This document shows, in pieces, positions 14,301 to 28,100 of a stretch of 64,000 nucleotides of DNA (positions within the stretch are counted from its first letter, which is position 1; every line of letters begins with the position of its first letter). Below the pieces are notes generated by a model that made no database searches, was not told the origin of the DNA, and was given only the letters and a program-made list of their open reading frames with translations. Origin of the DNA: Basidiobolus meristosporus CBS 931.73 (taxonomy: Eukaryota; Fungi; Basidiobolomycota); the NCBI GenBank assembly GCA_002104905.1, contig MCFE01000156.1, positions 87,516 through 151,515 of the forward strand. Direction: 5' to 3'. The position numbers and the translations under genes are program-made.

Positions 14301-17300
14301 CTCTGATCATTTTGCGTAAATAATCAAAATTGATGTGTCCAAACTGTTGTAAAAGTTTTTAATTCCACCTAAATATTCACCTATTGTAGTCACCTAGATC
14401 ATTACCCTCAAATCCTAGAGTATACTGACCAAATTCCTTGTTGGGACTTATTTAGAATATTTACACCAAAATACCAGGTACCCAGAACATGTAAATTCTC
14501 AAAGTTGTCCAAACAGCCCCAAACTTTGCACACATGTTCTTGGAACCTTCTTTAATCTATTCTATTTGTTTGTAATGCCATGACCAGGTAAAAGTATAAA
14601 TACTACTTTTACATTCAATAAATCATTAAGTGAAAACCACATAATCTACTTGTTCTCCAAATCACTTCTAATATCTCCAAGACTCTTACAACAGGTTATG
14701 AGCCCCAAGCTGTCACTCTCTGCAATGTCTACTACTGCTATTACTGGAATTTTTCCCTCTGCTGAAAAGTTGGATGGATCTAACTACCAAGTGTGGAAGG
14801 TGAAGATGAAGATGCTGCTACAAGAAAGAGGCCTTTGGGATATTGTCATGGGAGATGAATGCCCTCCTAAAAACATGGGAGAGGAAGCCTTGAAGTACCA
14901 GAAGAAAGAACAAAGTGCCTTCAACTGCGTTTGGTTTATTGTTAAAGACAAATTGCTAATTCAATGCTCAAGAGCAAAAATGGCAAAGAATGCCTGGAAG
15001 GCATTAGAAGATACCTACCAGTCATGTTCAGCTGCTAAGAAAATGGATCTGAGACAAAAATTCTTTACTACAAAGATGCTGCCAGGAGAAGAAATGAAAA
15101 AACTAGTTAACAGAATTACCTTGCTGGTAGATGAGATGGAATCTGTGGGCGTACCAACTACTGATGAGGATGTGATATTTACCATCTTAAATAGCCTGAC
15201 AGACAAGTTTCAGGGCCTTGTATCAGCCCTAGAGTCTAGGACTGAAGATTTGACCTTAAATTACATATATGGAAGGCTCCTGGATGAAGAATTAAGAAAA
15301 TCAAGCGCCAACAAGAAGGACAAAGAAAATGCTTTAATAAGCAATGATAACCAACAAAGGAGGTACCCAAGACCCTACAAAGGCAACAGCAACCTGTTTT
15401 GCAATTACTGCAGAAGGAAAGGATAGACATCAGAGAGGTGTCTCAAAATGAGAGATTATCAACAAAAGAAGCCTGAATATGGAAATGCTGCTACAACTGA
15501 AGATAGACTATTCATATCTGCACTAAATATGACCACAAACAAGGATTCTCAGATGTGGTATATTAACTCTGGAGCTTCTCAACACTTTACACACCAAAAG
15601 AACTTTACACAATATCAAGAAATTCCAATTAAGAATGCTTTCATGGGTGAAAATAGAACACTTGATGCAGTGGGAGAAGGAACTATCCAAGTAAACCTTA
15701 GAAGCAGTGAAGGAACCTATACACTGACCTTTAAAGAAGTACTCTCTGTACCAGTAATAGCCAAGAACCTACTCTCTGTAAGCAAGGCCACAGCAGAAGG
15801 ACTCAGTTTCTGTTTTGACAATTCTGGATGCAGGATCACCAATCAAAATGGTGCCCATATTGCTTTGGGCATCAGAGATCAGAATCTATACAGGTTGACT
15901 TATATTCCATCATATTTGGAAGCCAATATAAGTAACTTAAATGAAGAAATACCAATGCTTTGGTACAGGAGATTTGGACACCCCAATTTTGATTATTTGC
16001 ATAAAATGATCAAAGATCAGCTAATTTCTGGAGTGAAAATTGATCCCCCAGCTAATTTGGAGCACTGGGAAGCCTGCATATATGGAAAACTAGCCAGACA
16101 ACTGTTCAGGAGTTCTGGGTTAATCAAAACTAAGAAAAAATTAGATCTAATTCACTCAGATCTGTGTGGACCTATGCAAAATCTATCCTTAGGCAGGATG
16201 AAGTATTTCATCACTTTTATTGATGATTATACAAGATACACATGGGTCTACTTCATGGAGAGAAAGGAAGAAGCTTTGTCTAAGTTCAGGGAGCTCAAAG
16301 CTATGGCGGAGAGAGAAACTGGTGAAAAGATCAAGAAAATACGCTTTGACAATGGTGGAGAATATACCTCAAAACTCTTCATCCACTTCTGCAAAATTCA
16401 TGGGATAAAGCAAGAGACTACTGTACCATACTCCCCACAGCAAAATGGAGTAGCAGAATGAGCTAACAGATCAATAATTGATATGGCAATATCTATGATC
16501 CATGATCAAAAATTATCCTATGATTTTTGGGTGGAATACGTTGCCACTGCTGTATACCTCAAAAATAGGAGTTATAACAGAATACTTCATGATTCCACTC
16601 CATCTGAAGCATGGTATGGATACACACCAAGTGCAGAACATCTAAGAATATCTGGGTGTACAGCATTTGCCAAAAAACTGGCCGGAAATCAGTCAAAATT
16701 TGAGCCACAAAGTGTAAAATGCATATTTTTGGGCCACTGCAATGAGAGTAAGGCATACAGACCCTACAATACCAAAGCAAAGAAGCTGATCAAGTCCAGG
16801 GATGTGTTGTTTGATGAAAAATCAAAATTTTCACAAAAAATAACACCAGATGATGATGAGAATTTGATCTCAAGTCCACCAATAGTCAGGATTGAATCAG
16901 AGCAAGACAATGAAAATTTTTTGATTCTGGCTGATCCACAGTTGTAGAGTCCTCTGGAGTGAGTGCACAGGAATATCCCAGAAGTGATCATTCTAGTATC
17001 AAATGCCCGGAGATCCAATTGGACAAGAAATAGCCCAAATAACTATATCAATGAGGGTACAAGCTTAGCCTATGCCTATTCAGTCCATATTGATGAACCC
17101 AGTCAGTAAAAGAGGCCCCAAATAGCCCTCAGACAAAGTTTTGGAGATCTGCAATGACTGAGGAATATCAGGCCCTGATGGAAAATCAAACTTGGGACTT
17201 AGTCAAATTACCAATCAACCAAAAATCAATTGCATGCAGATGGGTCTTCAAGACAAAATACACGGCTGATGGTACAATTGAAAGATACAAAGTAAGACTT

Positions 17301-20300
17301 GTAGCCAAAGGATACTCTCAAACAAAATGACTTGACTATACTGAGACCTTTACACCAGTAGCCAAGTTTAATTCCATCAGATTAATATTGGCTGTTGCAG
17401 CCAAATATAAGTTTTATGTTCATCAAATGGATGTAAAAACTGCATTTTTGAATGGAGAACTTGATGAGGATGTGTATATAAACCAGCCTGATGGGTTTGC
17501 TGACCAAGATAACCCCTCTTTGGTCTGCAAGCTTATAAAGTCACTATATGGTCTCAAACAATCATCCAGAGCCTGCAATTGCAAGATAAATTCTTATTTG
17601 GAATCTTTGAGTTTCAAAAGGAGTAATGCTGACTATAGTATATACTATAAGCCAGATAGAGGAAATCCAGTTCTATTAGCTCTATATGTTTATGATCTTA
17701 TCATAGCCACCATTAGCCTAGAAACATTGGCAGGGACTAAATCCAGCCTATCTAAGGAGTTCAAGATGTTCAATCTAGGAGAACTTAATTACTACTTAGG
17801 GATTAAGTTCTCCATAGACAGAAGTACCCAGACTATTGCCCTAAGCAAATTCAAGTATATTCAAGATATACTCAAGATATACCAAATAGAAGACTGTAAA
17901 CCAGCAGCAACCCCAATGGAGACAAACCTTGACTTGGTCAAAACTCAACCAAATCAAGAGAGCTTGGTGCAATCTGAAAGCCCTGACCATCCTTATCAAT
18001 CTATGGTCAGCAGTCTGATGTATATCATGCTTGGAACACGTCCAGATATCTCATATTCAGTGGGAGTTGTCAGCCAACATAATCAGAACTATGGATATAA
18101 TCATATTGCAGCAGTTAAGCAGATTTTTAGATACCTAAAAGGAACTGCTGATATCTGCTTAAGATACACTTAATAGGATTCAGAACAGGATCTTGTGGGA
18201 TACTCTGATGCTGACTGGGGACAAAATTTAGAAGACAGAAGATCCACCACAGGATACACCTTTCTTTACTGTAAAGGAGCAATTTCATGGAATTCAAGAA
18301 AGCAACCAACTGTAGCACTTTCTACCACAGAGGCAGAGTACATGGCAGCCTGTGAAGCTACAAAAGAAATAATGTGGTTAAGAAAGCTTTTTACAGATTT
18401 AGGCCTATGTCAAAAAACACCTATTACTTGTTTCAAGATAATCAAGGATGTATACAATTAGGTAGAAATCTAACTTTCCATGCTAGAACCAAGCACATAG
18501 ATATTAGACATCACTTCATATGTGAAGCTATAGAGAACAACTTAGTTAGCTTAGCTTACTGTCCTACAGATGAAATGATTGCAGACATATTTACCAAACC
18601 ATTAGCTAGAGACAAGTTTGAATATCTTAGGTCAAAATTAGGACTAGTCAGTATGAACATTTAGCTGAGTGGGAGTGTTGTAAAAATTTTGACTCCACCT
18701 AAATATTCACCTAACTTAGTCACCTAGATCATTACCTTCAAATCCTAGAAAATACTGACCAAATTCCTTGTTGGGATTTACTTGGAATATTTTCACCAAA
18801 GTACCAGGTACCCAGAACATGAAAATTCTCAAAGTTGTCCAAACAGCCCCAAACTTTGCACACATGCTCTTGGGACCTTCCTCAACCAATTCTACGTGTT
18901 TGTAATGCCAGGACCAGGTAAAATTATAGGTACTACTTTTACATTCAATAAATCATTAAGTGAAAACCACATAATCTACTTGTTCTCCCAATTACTTCCA
19001 ATATCTCTAAGACTCTTACAACACAAACCTTCTGTGGCAAAGTATTAGTGTTTCTTCATTCAAGTTACTAGTATTGGCTTCCAGATATGTTGGAATATAT
19101 GTCAACCTATACAGATTCAGATCTCTGATACCCAAAGCAATATGAGAACCACTTTGATCAGTGATCCTGCATCTAGAATTGTCAAAGCTGAAACTGAGTC
19201 CTTCTGCTGAGGCCTTGCTTACATATAGTAGGTTCTTGGCTATTTCTAGTACAAAGAGTACTTCTTTTAAGGTTGGTGGATAGCTTCCTTTGCTGCTTTT
19301 AAAGCTTACTTGGATAGTTCCTTCTCCCACTGTATCATGTATTTTGTTGTAACCCATGAAAACCTACTTGATTGGAATATCTCAGTCTTAGGTAAAGAGT
19401 TCTTTTTGCTGTGTAAGGTATTGAGATGCTCCAGAGTCAGTGCATCATGTCTGAGTATCCTTGTTTGTGGTCATATTTAGTGCAGGTATGAGTAGTCTAT
19501 CTTCCGTTGTTGCTGCATTTCCATATTCAAGCTTTTTCTGCTGACTATCTCTCTTTTTTAAGCACTGGTCTGATGTATGTCCTTTCCTTTTTCAGTATTT
19601 GCAAAACAGGTTGCTATTGCCTTTAAAAGGTCTAGGGTATCTCTTTTGTTTGTTATCATTGCTTATTAAAGCATTTTCTTCTTCTTTTTATTGGCAATTG
19701 ATTTTCTTAATTCTTTGTCCAGGAGCCTTCCATATACATTATTTTAAGTCAAATCTTCAGTTCTGGACTCTAGGGCTGATACAAGGCCCTGCAACATGTG
19801 TGTCAGGCTATTCAAGATGGTTACTATCACTTCCTCATCAGTAGTTGGTATGCCCATAGATTCCATCTCATCCACCAGCAGGGCAATACTGTTAATTAGA
19901 TTTTTCATTTTTTCTCCTGGCTGCATCTTTATAGTAAAGAATTTTTGTCTCAGATACATTTTCTTAGCAGCTGAACATGACTGGCCGATGTCTTCTGATG
20001 CCTTCCAGGAATTCTTTGCCATTTTTGCTCTTGAGCATTGAATTAGCAATTTGTCTTTAACATCAAGGCAAATGCAGTTAAAGGCACTTTGTTCTTTCTT
20101 CTGGTACTTTAAGGATTCTTCTCCCATGCCAATATCCCAAAGGCCTCTTTCTTGTAGCAGCATCTTCATCTTCACCTTCCACACTTGGTAGTTAGATCCA
20201 TCCAACTTTTCAGCAGAGGGAGAAATTCCAGTAATAGCAGTAGTATACATTGCAGAGAATGACAGCTTGGGGCTCACAACCTGTTGTAAGAGTCTTGGAG

Positions 20301-20629
20301 ATATTGGAAGTGATTGGGAGAACAAGTAGATTATGTGGTTTTCACTTAATGATTTATTGAATGTGAAACTAGTACTTATACTTTTACATAATCCTGGTAT
20401 AATGAACATGTAGAATAGGCTTAGCCAAGTCCAAAGAACATGTGTACAGATTTTGGGGTGGCTTGGGCAACTTATCTTACTTTCATCTATTGGGTACCTG
20501 ATATTTTGGGGAAAATATTCTAATCAAATCTGGACATGGAATTTGGTCAGTATTCCCTAGAATTTGAAGGTAATGATCTAAGTGACCAAGTTAGGTGAAT
20601 ATTTAGGTGAAATTACAAATTTTACAACA
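11307..20629 (-). mobile_element. Degenerate full-length copia with 3' LTR 11307-11656 and 5' LTR 20282-20629, interrupted by a nested copy
   Basis: PPT ctcccactc follows 11656. A variant PBS (GGTTGTGAGCCC on minus) lies beside 20282. Gag is at 19744-20270. The flanks do not share a TSD. Confidence 0.85.
14345..19023 (+). mobile_element. Nested copia with LTRs 14345-14693 and 18676-19023, TSD CAAAC, and a pseudogenised gag-pol
   Basis: CAAAC occurs at 14340-14344 and 19024-19028. PBS GGTTATGAGCCC follows 14693 and PPT GAGTGGGAG precedes 18676. Premature stops include CGA>TGA at 16459. Confidence 0.95.
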
Positions 20630-21420
20630 TCTAGAACATGAAATCTCTCAAAGTTGCACAAACAGCCTCAAACTTTGCACACTTGTTCTTGGGATCTGCC
20701 AAAGCATATTCTATGAGCTTTTCTTGCCACAATCACGTAATAGTATCAATACCACTGTTATATTCAATAAATTATTAAGTTAAAAGCACATAATCAGCTT
20801 TTTCTCCCAATAACATCTAATATCCCCAAAACTCTTACAGCAATATTCAGTGCAAACACAAATAGTCCATCTTCAGTGGTGTTAGCATAGTCATACTCTG
20901 GCTGCTTCTGCTATTCATCTCTCTTTGATGCACCAGTCCAATGTGTGTCAGTTCCTTTTGCATCAACTTCAAGAGTGGTTGCTGTTTCCTTTAAACTGAT
21001 TTGCATATCTTTGCTGGTGGTTATTGTTACAGAATAAAGGATTTTCTTTTTCTTGTTATTAGGGCTGGATTTTCTTAGTCCTTTATCTTGGAGCATTCCA
21101 TATGACTAATTTAAAGTCAGATCTTTAGTTCTAGACTCTATAGCTGATACAAGGACCTGAAGCTTGTCTGTCAGGATATTCAGGAGGGTAACTATCACAT
21201 CTTCATCAGTGGTTTGTGTGTCCACTGATTCCATCTCATTAACCACCTGGGTAATTCTGATGAATGGATTTTTCACTTCTGAATTTATCTTGAGTACTTC
21301 CACCAAAACATCAGGAGCTCAGAGTATGAAATATCATAAAGTTGTCCAAACTGCCCTCAACTTGTACGCATGTTCTTGGGACCCCTCTAAATATATTCTA
21401 CATATTTGTGAGTTGCTATA
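20630..21420. mobile_element. Copia LTR and gag fragments
   Basis: A plus-strand LTR piece ends near 20842. A minus-strand gag fragment reads VNEMESVDTQTTDEDVIVTLLN, followed by another LTR piece. Confidence 0.75.
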
Positions 21421-21869
21421 TAGGTTCCAAATACTCCCCTGGGAAGAGCCACATATTTTGGGATAAATCTTCCCCCACGCAGCAAAGCTGTGTTGTTAGT
21501 TGAAATTAAGCACAAGTAATACCAAAATGGTGTGGCGGGTGAACTCAAATGAACGGATCAAGCTCAGGGAAATGCACCCAACTGCCAACCATCACATTGG
21601 CAAGCTTTGGTATAGCTCGATAAGATAATATCAAAGCCAGCTCATCTTTTTAATACGCCAGATAATTCGTATAGTTCCCACAGTTTCATTTAGTACTAGA
21701 TGTCCGCTTGATTCATGTTTCACTAGTCAAAACATTTTGCTCATAACTGCAGGATACTCCGACTGCCACAAAACCCTGGCGATTTGAAATTAAGGCCGTT
21801 TAGCCTTTACATGTATGGCCATGATACAACAATACTGTGTATGCCGAACAGATAGCCCAGCGTCCCTAT

Positions 21870-23500
21870 TAGATCAAGTCATGCCAACGATATCAAGATC
21901 GCACATATCCTACCAAGAAATATCCATCGGTTGAATATGCACGAACTAGTTGCTGGATGACTCCAAAGGCCCACCAGTTCGAACTTGTTCCGACGTACTG
22001 GAAATGGCATCCATGTCTTGACCGCAAGCTGACCACGAAATGGAGAATGTCTGGGATGCGTCTCATCCCCAATGAACCTCCTAGAATATTGGTCATCAAC
22101 CCAGCACCAGGGCATGAATATATCAATCTTTCGCCCGAATATCGCTCCGTCTGATGGATGCGCAGCACGAAATACAGGGAGCAAATCCATTTAATACTTT
22201 TGCATTACCGAAGGGTGACAACCACAGTATTACTGGTTTCGAACTCCATATCAATGCTGAAACTAAGACGCATCGACCCATACGGCTCACATCCGAACTC
22301 ATGGCAAAGTGGCGCACTCGATTCTTCGAGGACCATCCATTCTCAACCGCGGGTAGCTCACATTGACCCTTACCAGTGCAGCAGATTCATCCGGCCAAGT
22401 GGGATCAGCAGAACCCCAGATCTAGCTGGCCATTGGGGTATGGCGCAGTATGTTGATCACCTGGAGACACCAAACAAAGCCAGCCCGGCGTGGCAGAGGG
22501 GTGCGGCTCTGATTGCCGATTCCCCTCTCCCTCGCCTCCCCCATTTCAAACAGCTCCGGCAAACCTGGGATCTGGTGCATGGTGAAACCAGAAATCCAAG
22601 CAAACTGGTAGTGACGGGCGTGGTATGAGATCCGTGAATTCGATGTTGAGTAGAATCTGCTCACCATCCCCCATCCCTCATCCCTCATCCACCAGCCTCC
22701 AACTCCAGATGGCCCCTAATGACTGACATCATGGCGTGAACCAACCGACAGGCTTTTCAGGTCGCAACAAGATTTCCTGGCTAAACGGTTGGCCTTGATT
22801 CAGCGGAGTAGGTCTGGACATCGATATGAACCCCACCCTCTTCCCTAACCCAATATATAATGTCACCTGGTGTTTGTTGGCAGAAACGGCAATCGAACGA
22901 TGCCCTTTCGATTCTCTGCGACAACGGGCTCCTTTCTTCGGCTGTACGATTTCCATTGACAGGTGCGCACAACCTGACCCACACGCACCCTGGATTCCCT
23001 TAAACATCAGATGGATATGGTGCGAAGGGTTATTTCCATATAGGCAGGGCTCGTACCAAATCTCTCTTATCTGCAACCTGTCGACTCACCATGTAAAACT
23101 CCTCTGTTCACGGCCGGCTGATCGGTGTTGACCAGATGATGGCTCAGCAATGCTCGCTTTACTGGATGTCGCGGCACGAGCTGCTCTTAGGGAAGGGGAC
23201 CTACGGCAATCGGCTCGAGCCTCCACCATTCGCACAGGCCCACCATGAGGCTGGAGACCACCGCTGATTACGTAGGCCACTGGCTGGTTGCAACGTTCTG
23301 CTTCAGCTGCCTCGGCGCAGCTCGTGATGGCTCTCAACGGAATCGCACCCACAGCAGTCCTACGGCCTTGCCCCCAGCCCATTCACTGTCACATGGGTAT
23401 CGTCAAGATTCGAAGTGGGAAATGTGGGGCTACTCGGTTCATCTCTACCCCTTTCAGCAACTGCCAAATCAATTCTGGCCAACAGGAATAATTGGCCGAT
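21870..23500. other. Unidentified gene-like region; strand and model unresolved
   Basis: CpG-normal, ~50% GC, with several 65-156 aa ORFs on both strands and no family I recognise. Confidence 0.25.
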
Positions 23501-24585
23501 AGGTTGATTGAGGACCATGGTGACTAGAAGGTAGGGTCTGGCTCCTTATATATTTATTGATGTATATATTCGTGTAGGTTGGTATATATGTACATATACA
23601 TACATATATATGTACGCTGGCATTCTAGTCGAGCGTGATAAGCGATACTTGGCTAAACTGGTAATCGGCTAGCCGCAATGATCATGCCTTTGAGTGGAGA
23701 GTGGTGGACTAGATCCCAGATATTCCGGATTGAACGGTCTATCGATCACAGTATCCAGTTAACCAGGTATCTTTCATTCAGAATGAGGATCAGTGTGCGC
23801 ATTTCATGGAGCGGCGTTGGGGTGATCCCAGATCGACCGAAGACCCTAGTGCGATCCTATTACGTAAAATTACCCATGCCAGGTGCGGCCCCATAACAAT
23901 AGCCACTTCCTAGTCTAACAGAGATCATCATGTGTATTACCATGTTGTGGGCAGCTCAGAACAAGTGCAACCCAAGAGACTACCGAAAGTCCATCATCAC
24001 ACGATTCGAGCCCAAGGTTTCTGCGCTCCAGTACCAGGGTCCAGGTGTAGTTTCCTCGGGGAGTTCATGCCTTCAGTTCCCTTCTACCTTCCGAGGTCGG
24101 GCCACCACGGTGGACATGAATGCTTTCGATTGCATACGTTAGTTCCCAGAACACCTATCCAATAAGCATTCGCGAACAACTGATTTCATGGAGCGCAATG
24201 GATCTTTGATATCGATCCACTAATTTATCCACACATTTATTACTCCATTAAGGTTGGGATGGATCTCCTGGCGTATTCATCGCTTTGGATCTTCGGATCA
24301 GTAGATTTCTTAGAGTGCCATTTCCATAGTTGCCGATGACCAGTGATTCATAGGTTGAGTTACCGGTTTTGACCCAAAGAGTTACACACACATAATTGAG
24401 ACTTGGCTTATTGCCAATCATGGCCAGGGAGATAATATAGCCAATTGGGGTGCAATAGGAAACTCCTGGAGTAGTATAAAAGAAGTATCAAAGTCCGAGC
24501 CCGGTCTTGCCATCCTGCGGGTTTATAGCAGTTCTACAGCGGCAGTCTTGTTTCCACTTCCAATAATTCTCTTTACCTCGTCATC

Positions 24586-25593
24586 ATGCCTGCTCCCATC
24601 GACTACACCGCTCAAACATTCAGTAAGGTTCAGAAGGCCGAGCCTATTGAAAGTGCAAACTTCGAGTAAGTATCCGGTCACAATTGTCGGAAGGCTTTGT
24701 TCCATTGCTAATTAGCTATTTTTAGCTTTGATTTTCAATTTCCGAATGTTTATGAACAGCCCTCTGCCCCTGTTGATGATTTCCTCCAACCAAGGGACTT
24801 GGAAGGATCTTTTTGTCGGGATTTTTCCTGTTGCGGCCTTGTTTTAGAAGATCTTCATGATTTACTTCAACATTTCGAGGAGTGCCATGTTCGTTTCGAG
24901 GCTGATGACTCCCAAGGCTTGTATCAAGAAGAAGAATGGTCTGCTTCCAGCGACTCGGGGGTCAACACCCCCTCTTCGCCCATCTCTGATCATGATTTGT
25001 TGGCACAGTACAGAAACGACGCTCTTGCTCTGAGCGATGTCTATTCTGAGGAAGCCTTGATCCAAAGCGATACCTTGACCTCTGCCTTCGACAACTCTGT
25101 TGTCAGAGCGGCCCAAAACCCAAAGAAGCGTTTTGCAAAGGAGACTTTGAGTGCGCCCGCGAAGAAGATTGCTCCATCATACACTCTGGATGTCAATGCC
25201 CTTCCACGTACCTTCACCGAAGAAGAGCTCTTCACCGGTATCCCATCCATCTATTCACCCGATTTCGTCGCTGGTGTCGATGATGTTCTTCATGCTGCCG
25301 CCGGTGTCATTCCGACCGAAACCGTTGAAATCAAGCCCACTCCGGCTGAGAAGCCATACAAATGCCCAGTTCCAGGATGTGAGAAATCCTACAAAAATGC
25401 CAATGGGTTGAAGTACCACAAACTTCACGGACACTGCTCGAACGGAGACGGTTCCAAACCTACCGTCAAGCCATACAAATGTTCCTACCCTGATTGTGGC
25501 AAGAGCTACAAGAACCTCAATGGGTTGAAGTACCACATTGAACACACCCATGTTTTGACCTTAGACCAAACCGCCACCTCAATCGCCATTTAA
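24586..25593 (+). CDS. SFP1: Sfp1-like C2H2 zinc-finger transcription factor; one intron at 24666-24725
   Basis: N-terminal FCRDFSCCGLVLEDLHDLLQHFEECHV and two C-terminal KPYKC...C.KSYKN.NGLKYH fingers give the Sfp1 split-finger signature. The GTAAGT...TAG intron joins in frame. Confidence 0.85.
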
Positions 25594-26879
25594 GGAAGTG
25601 TATGGAAGGCGAACCACCAATCACAGGGACGGTAGACCCGTGTTCCGATCCGAATCATTTACATATTCCGTAGTTTCCAGCACCCCACCCCGATTATTTT
25701 ATATATAGCATTTTATTGGTTTCTCTTCCTATGAATAACGCATTTTATAGAAATGGATCAATTTTCACTTGGAGATATATAGTTGAGGCGGGAGTTTTCC
25801 TAGGCCCCCAATGCGCAGTCAACAACCCCAGTTCCACACCAGCACCCCCCGCATAATCAAAATGTATATACTTCGACCTATAATACAACTATTATCATCA
25901 TAGAAGCCATTTCATCATTAAAATTTGGGATCTTGGTAGAAGATCATACAAGTGACTGCCTCTATTCCGTCGAAGATGCTTTGGTGGTTTGATTCCTTCC
26001 TTCCTAGAAACTTGGTGAATCACGTAAAATAAGCGGAGTCAGGGGAGGGGTATCCGTTCGGGCTTCGCGAATCCACCTGGGGAAAATTGTTGGAGTTGTA
26101 TTCAATAACCGTACACCCGTGCTGGCTGGCATTCTGCGACGCAGTAACCATGAGACAGGCAATAGAGGGTGTGGCTTTGCGTGTCTTCGTCAAGCTACTT
26201 CACTGCATTTCAGGCCACTGGGAAAGAGTTATTTAACTCACTGCACAACTATAGAATCCGCCATGGCATCTGCCAAGCACAGGACGCACCGAGGATACGG
26301 TGGAGAATATTTGAAGTCTGTCATGGTGGGGTTCCAACACATCCAGCTGCCCACCGTATTGGCACTCGCAGTGGCTGGTTAAGGGAGCGCCCACAGTAGA
26401 AGGTTACCAGAATTAACATGTGGTATCTGCAAACAAGATCAAACCAGGGAAATGAGCAGTTACACCCTGCTGAGTACAAAATCCATTCTGAGGGAAGTCG
26501 TCTGTCGTGCCCCACCTGGATCAGGTATGCTGGTTGGGATTTCTATATGTAGTGGCTGTTCACAGGCTTCCTTCTGGATTTTTGGGTGCTCCTCTCATGC
26601 ATTCATCGTTAGTCAGGTGCAGATGGTGGATCCTGACCCCCAACCCTACCTTCCTCCTGACCCTCGGATCTATCGAATATTGGGAGAAGGGCGACGCTTT
26701 CGGAACGATTGAAGGGCATGAATCTGACAGACACCAACGCTTCATTAGGCAAACCCAGCCTTCATTTAGCGTCCCCCTTTGCCGCTATGCTGACTAGGGG
26801 CCAGCAATGCATATATATGGGACCGCTGTGGGGTGTAGAAGAGATAAGTCAACCAACAGCCGTAAAACCTGGAGTAGGT

Positions 26880-28100
26880 TATTATGTGCATTCGTGTTCC
26901 CACCTCTGAGCAAGCCAAATCAAGCCAATACGTGTATGAGCATTGCCATACCGATGTACAAGACCATTCGAGCCACCAATGGGTCGACGCAACCGTCTTC
27001 AGCGACGATGACAAGGCGAGGCTTCGAAGCGTTGCTCGGGCTGTCCCCTATTCCCTCATAAGAGCATTTGAGGGGGCCCCGATTATCGGGAATGTGGGCG
27101 AATCTAGATGGGCATCATCCCACTGAGCAGTCAGACACACGTCGATGATGTTGCTACGTCAGGCGGTCCCATCGGCCACACCAAACACCCGAAATCCCCC
27201 ACCATTCGATATGTGCCTGATCCAGTACTTGTGGTGACAAGCACCAAGGCCATTCAATTTCAGGTGCAGCGAAACACGCAGCAACTCATTAATGTGGAGC
27301 GGCGTAGTCGTTTTCAGGCGAAATGGGAGATGTCGATGCGGTGGTTCGGCGGCCTTCCCACGATAGAGCTCGATAAGATACTCGACCAACTGGTATAGAT
27401 TGCCATATGGATTTAATGGTCGTGTAACAAACTATCTCGTATATTAGTGGCATCCTCCAAATACATGGCCGATTTGACTTCTGGTCACACATACTCTATT
27501 GAGTAGGAAGCGGCTGGCTATTTAGGTGGGTGAACATAAGGAAACTGGTTAGACCTTCGTTCCGGAATACTGCAGCGGCCCATTGGCAAATCGGTAACCC
27601 GCACACCTGTACCCATCCGGCATGGGTGGTAGGCCTCTCGCGGTCTCCACCAATCGTCATTGGTCGCACCGTGTACCATTCTCGCTTCCACATATTTACG
27701 TGGGTGTGTAGGATCTAAATCTAGTGATTCATGTGTGTTATGTGCCATTGCATGTATACCCACAGGTTGCATGGAGTGCTTATGAGTTGGTAAATTGGGT
27801 GCCGACTTCTACTGGACCGGTTTCCTTGGATTCTTCTGGTGCTGGTAAGGATGCTCCGGGGATCCACACGTCATACACGGACGAATTTAAGATTTTAACT
27901 TTACCCTTCAATAGCAACAGTATTCTGATCCTAGCCAGGTATTGGATGTGATGTCCACTCTGCCACTAATGTGGATCCTATTGAAACGATGGCTAAGACA
28001 TCATGGAAGTCACCCACTTTGGATCTCTGATGTCCACAGAAGTGTTCCATTGGGTGGCCGAGATTAGAAAGTGACGATTATCGGCGTCCAGCATAGATCA
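26880..28100 (+). other. Probable multi-exon gene of unknown function
   Basis: Exon-like blocks are bounded by canonical splice sites, for example cag|VQRNTQQLINVERRSRFQAKWEMSMRWFGGLPTIELDKILDQL|gtatag. I could not resolve a full model. Confidence 0.3.

Noticed and set aside
18374-19048. ORFs running through copia LTRs as independent genes
   Set aside because: They are frameshifted RNase H or LTR sequence of the retroelement.
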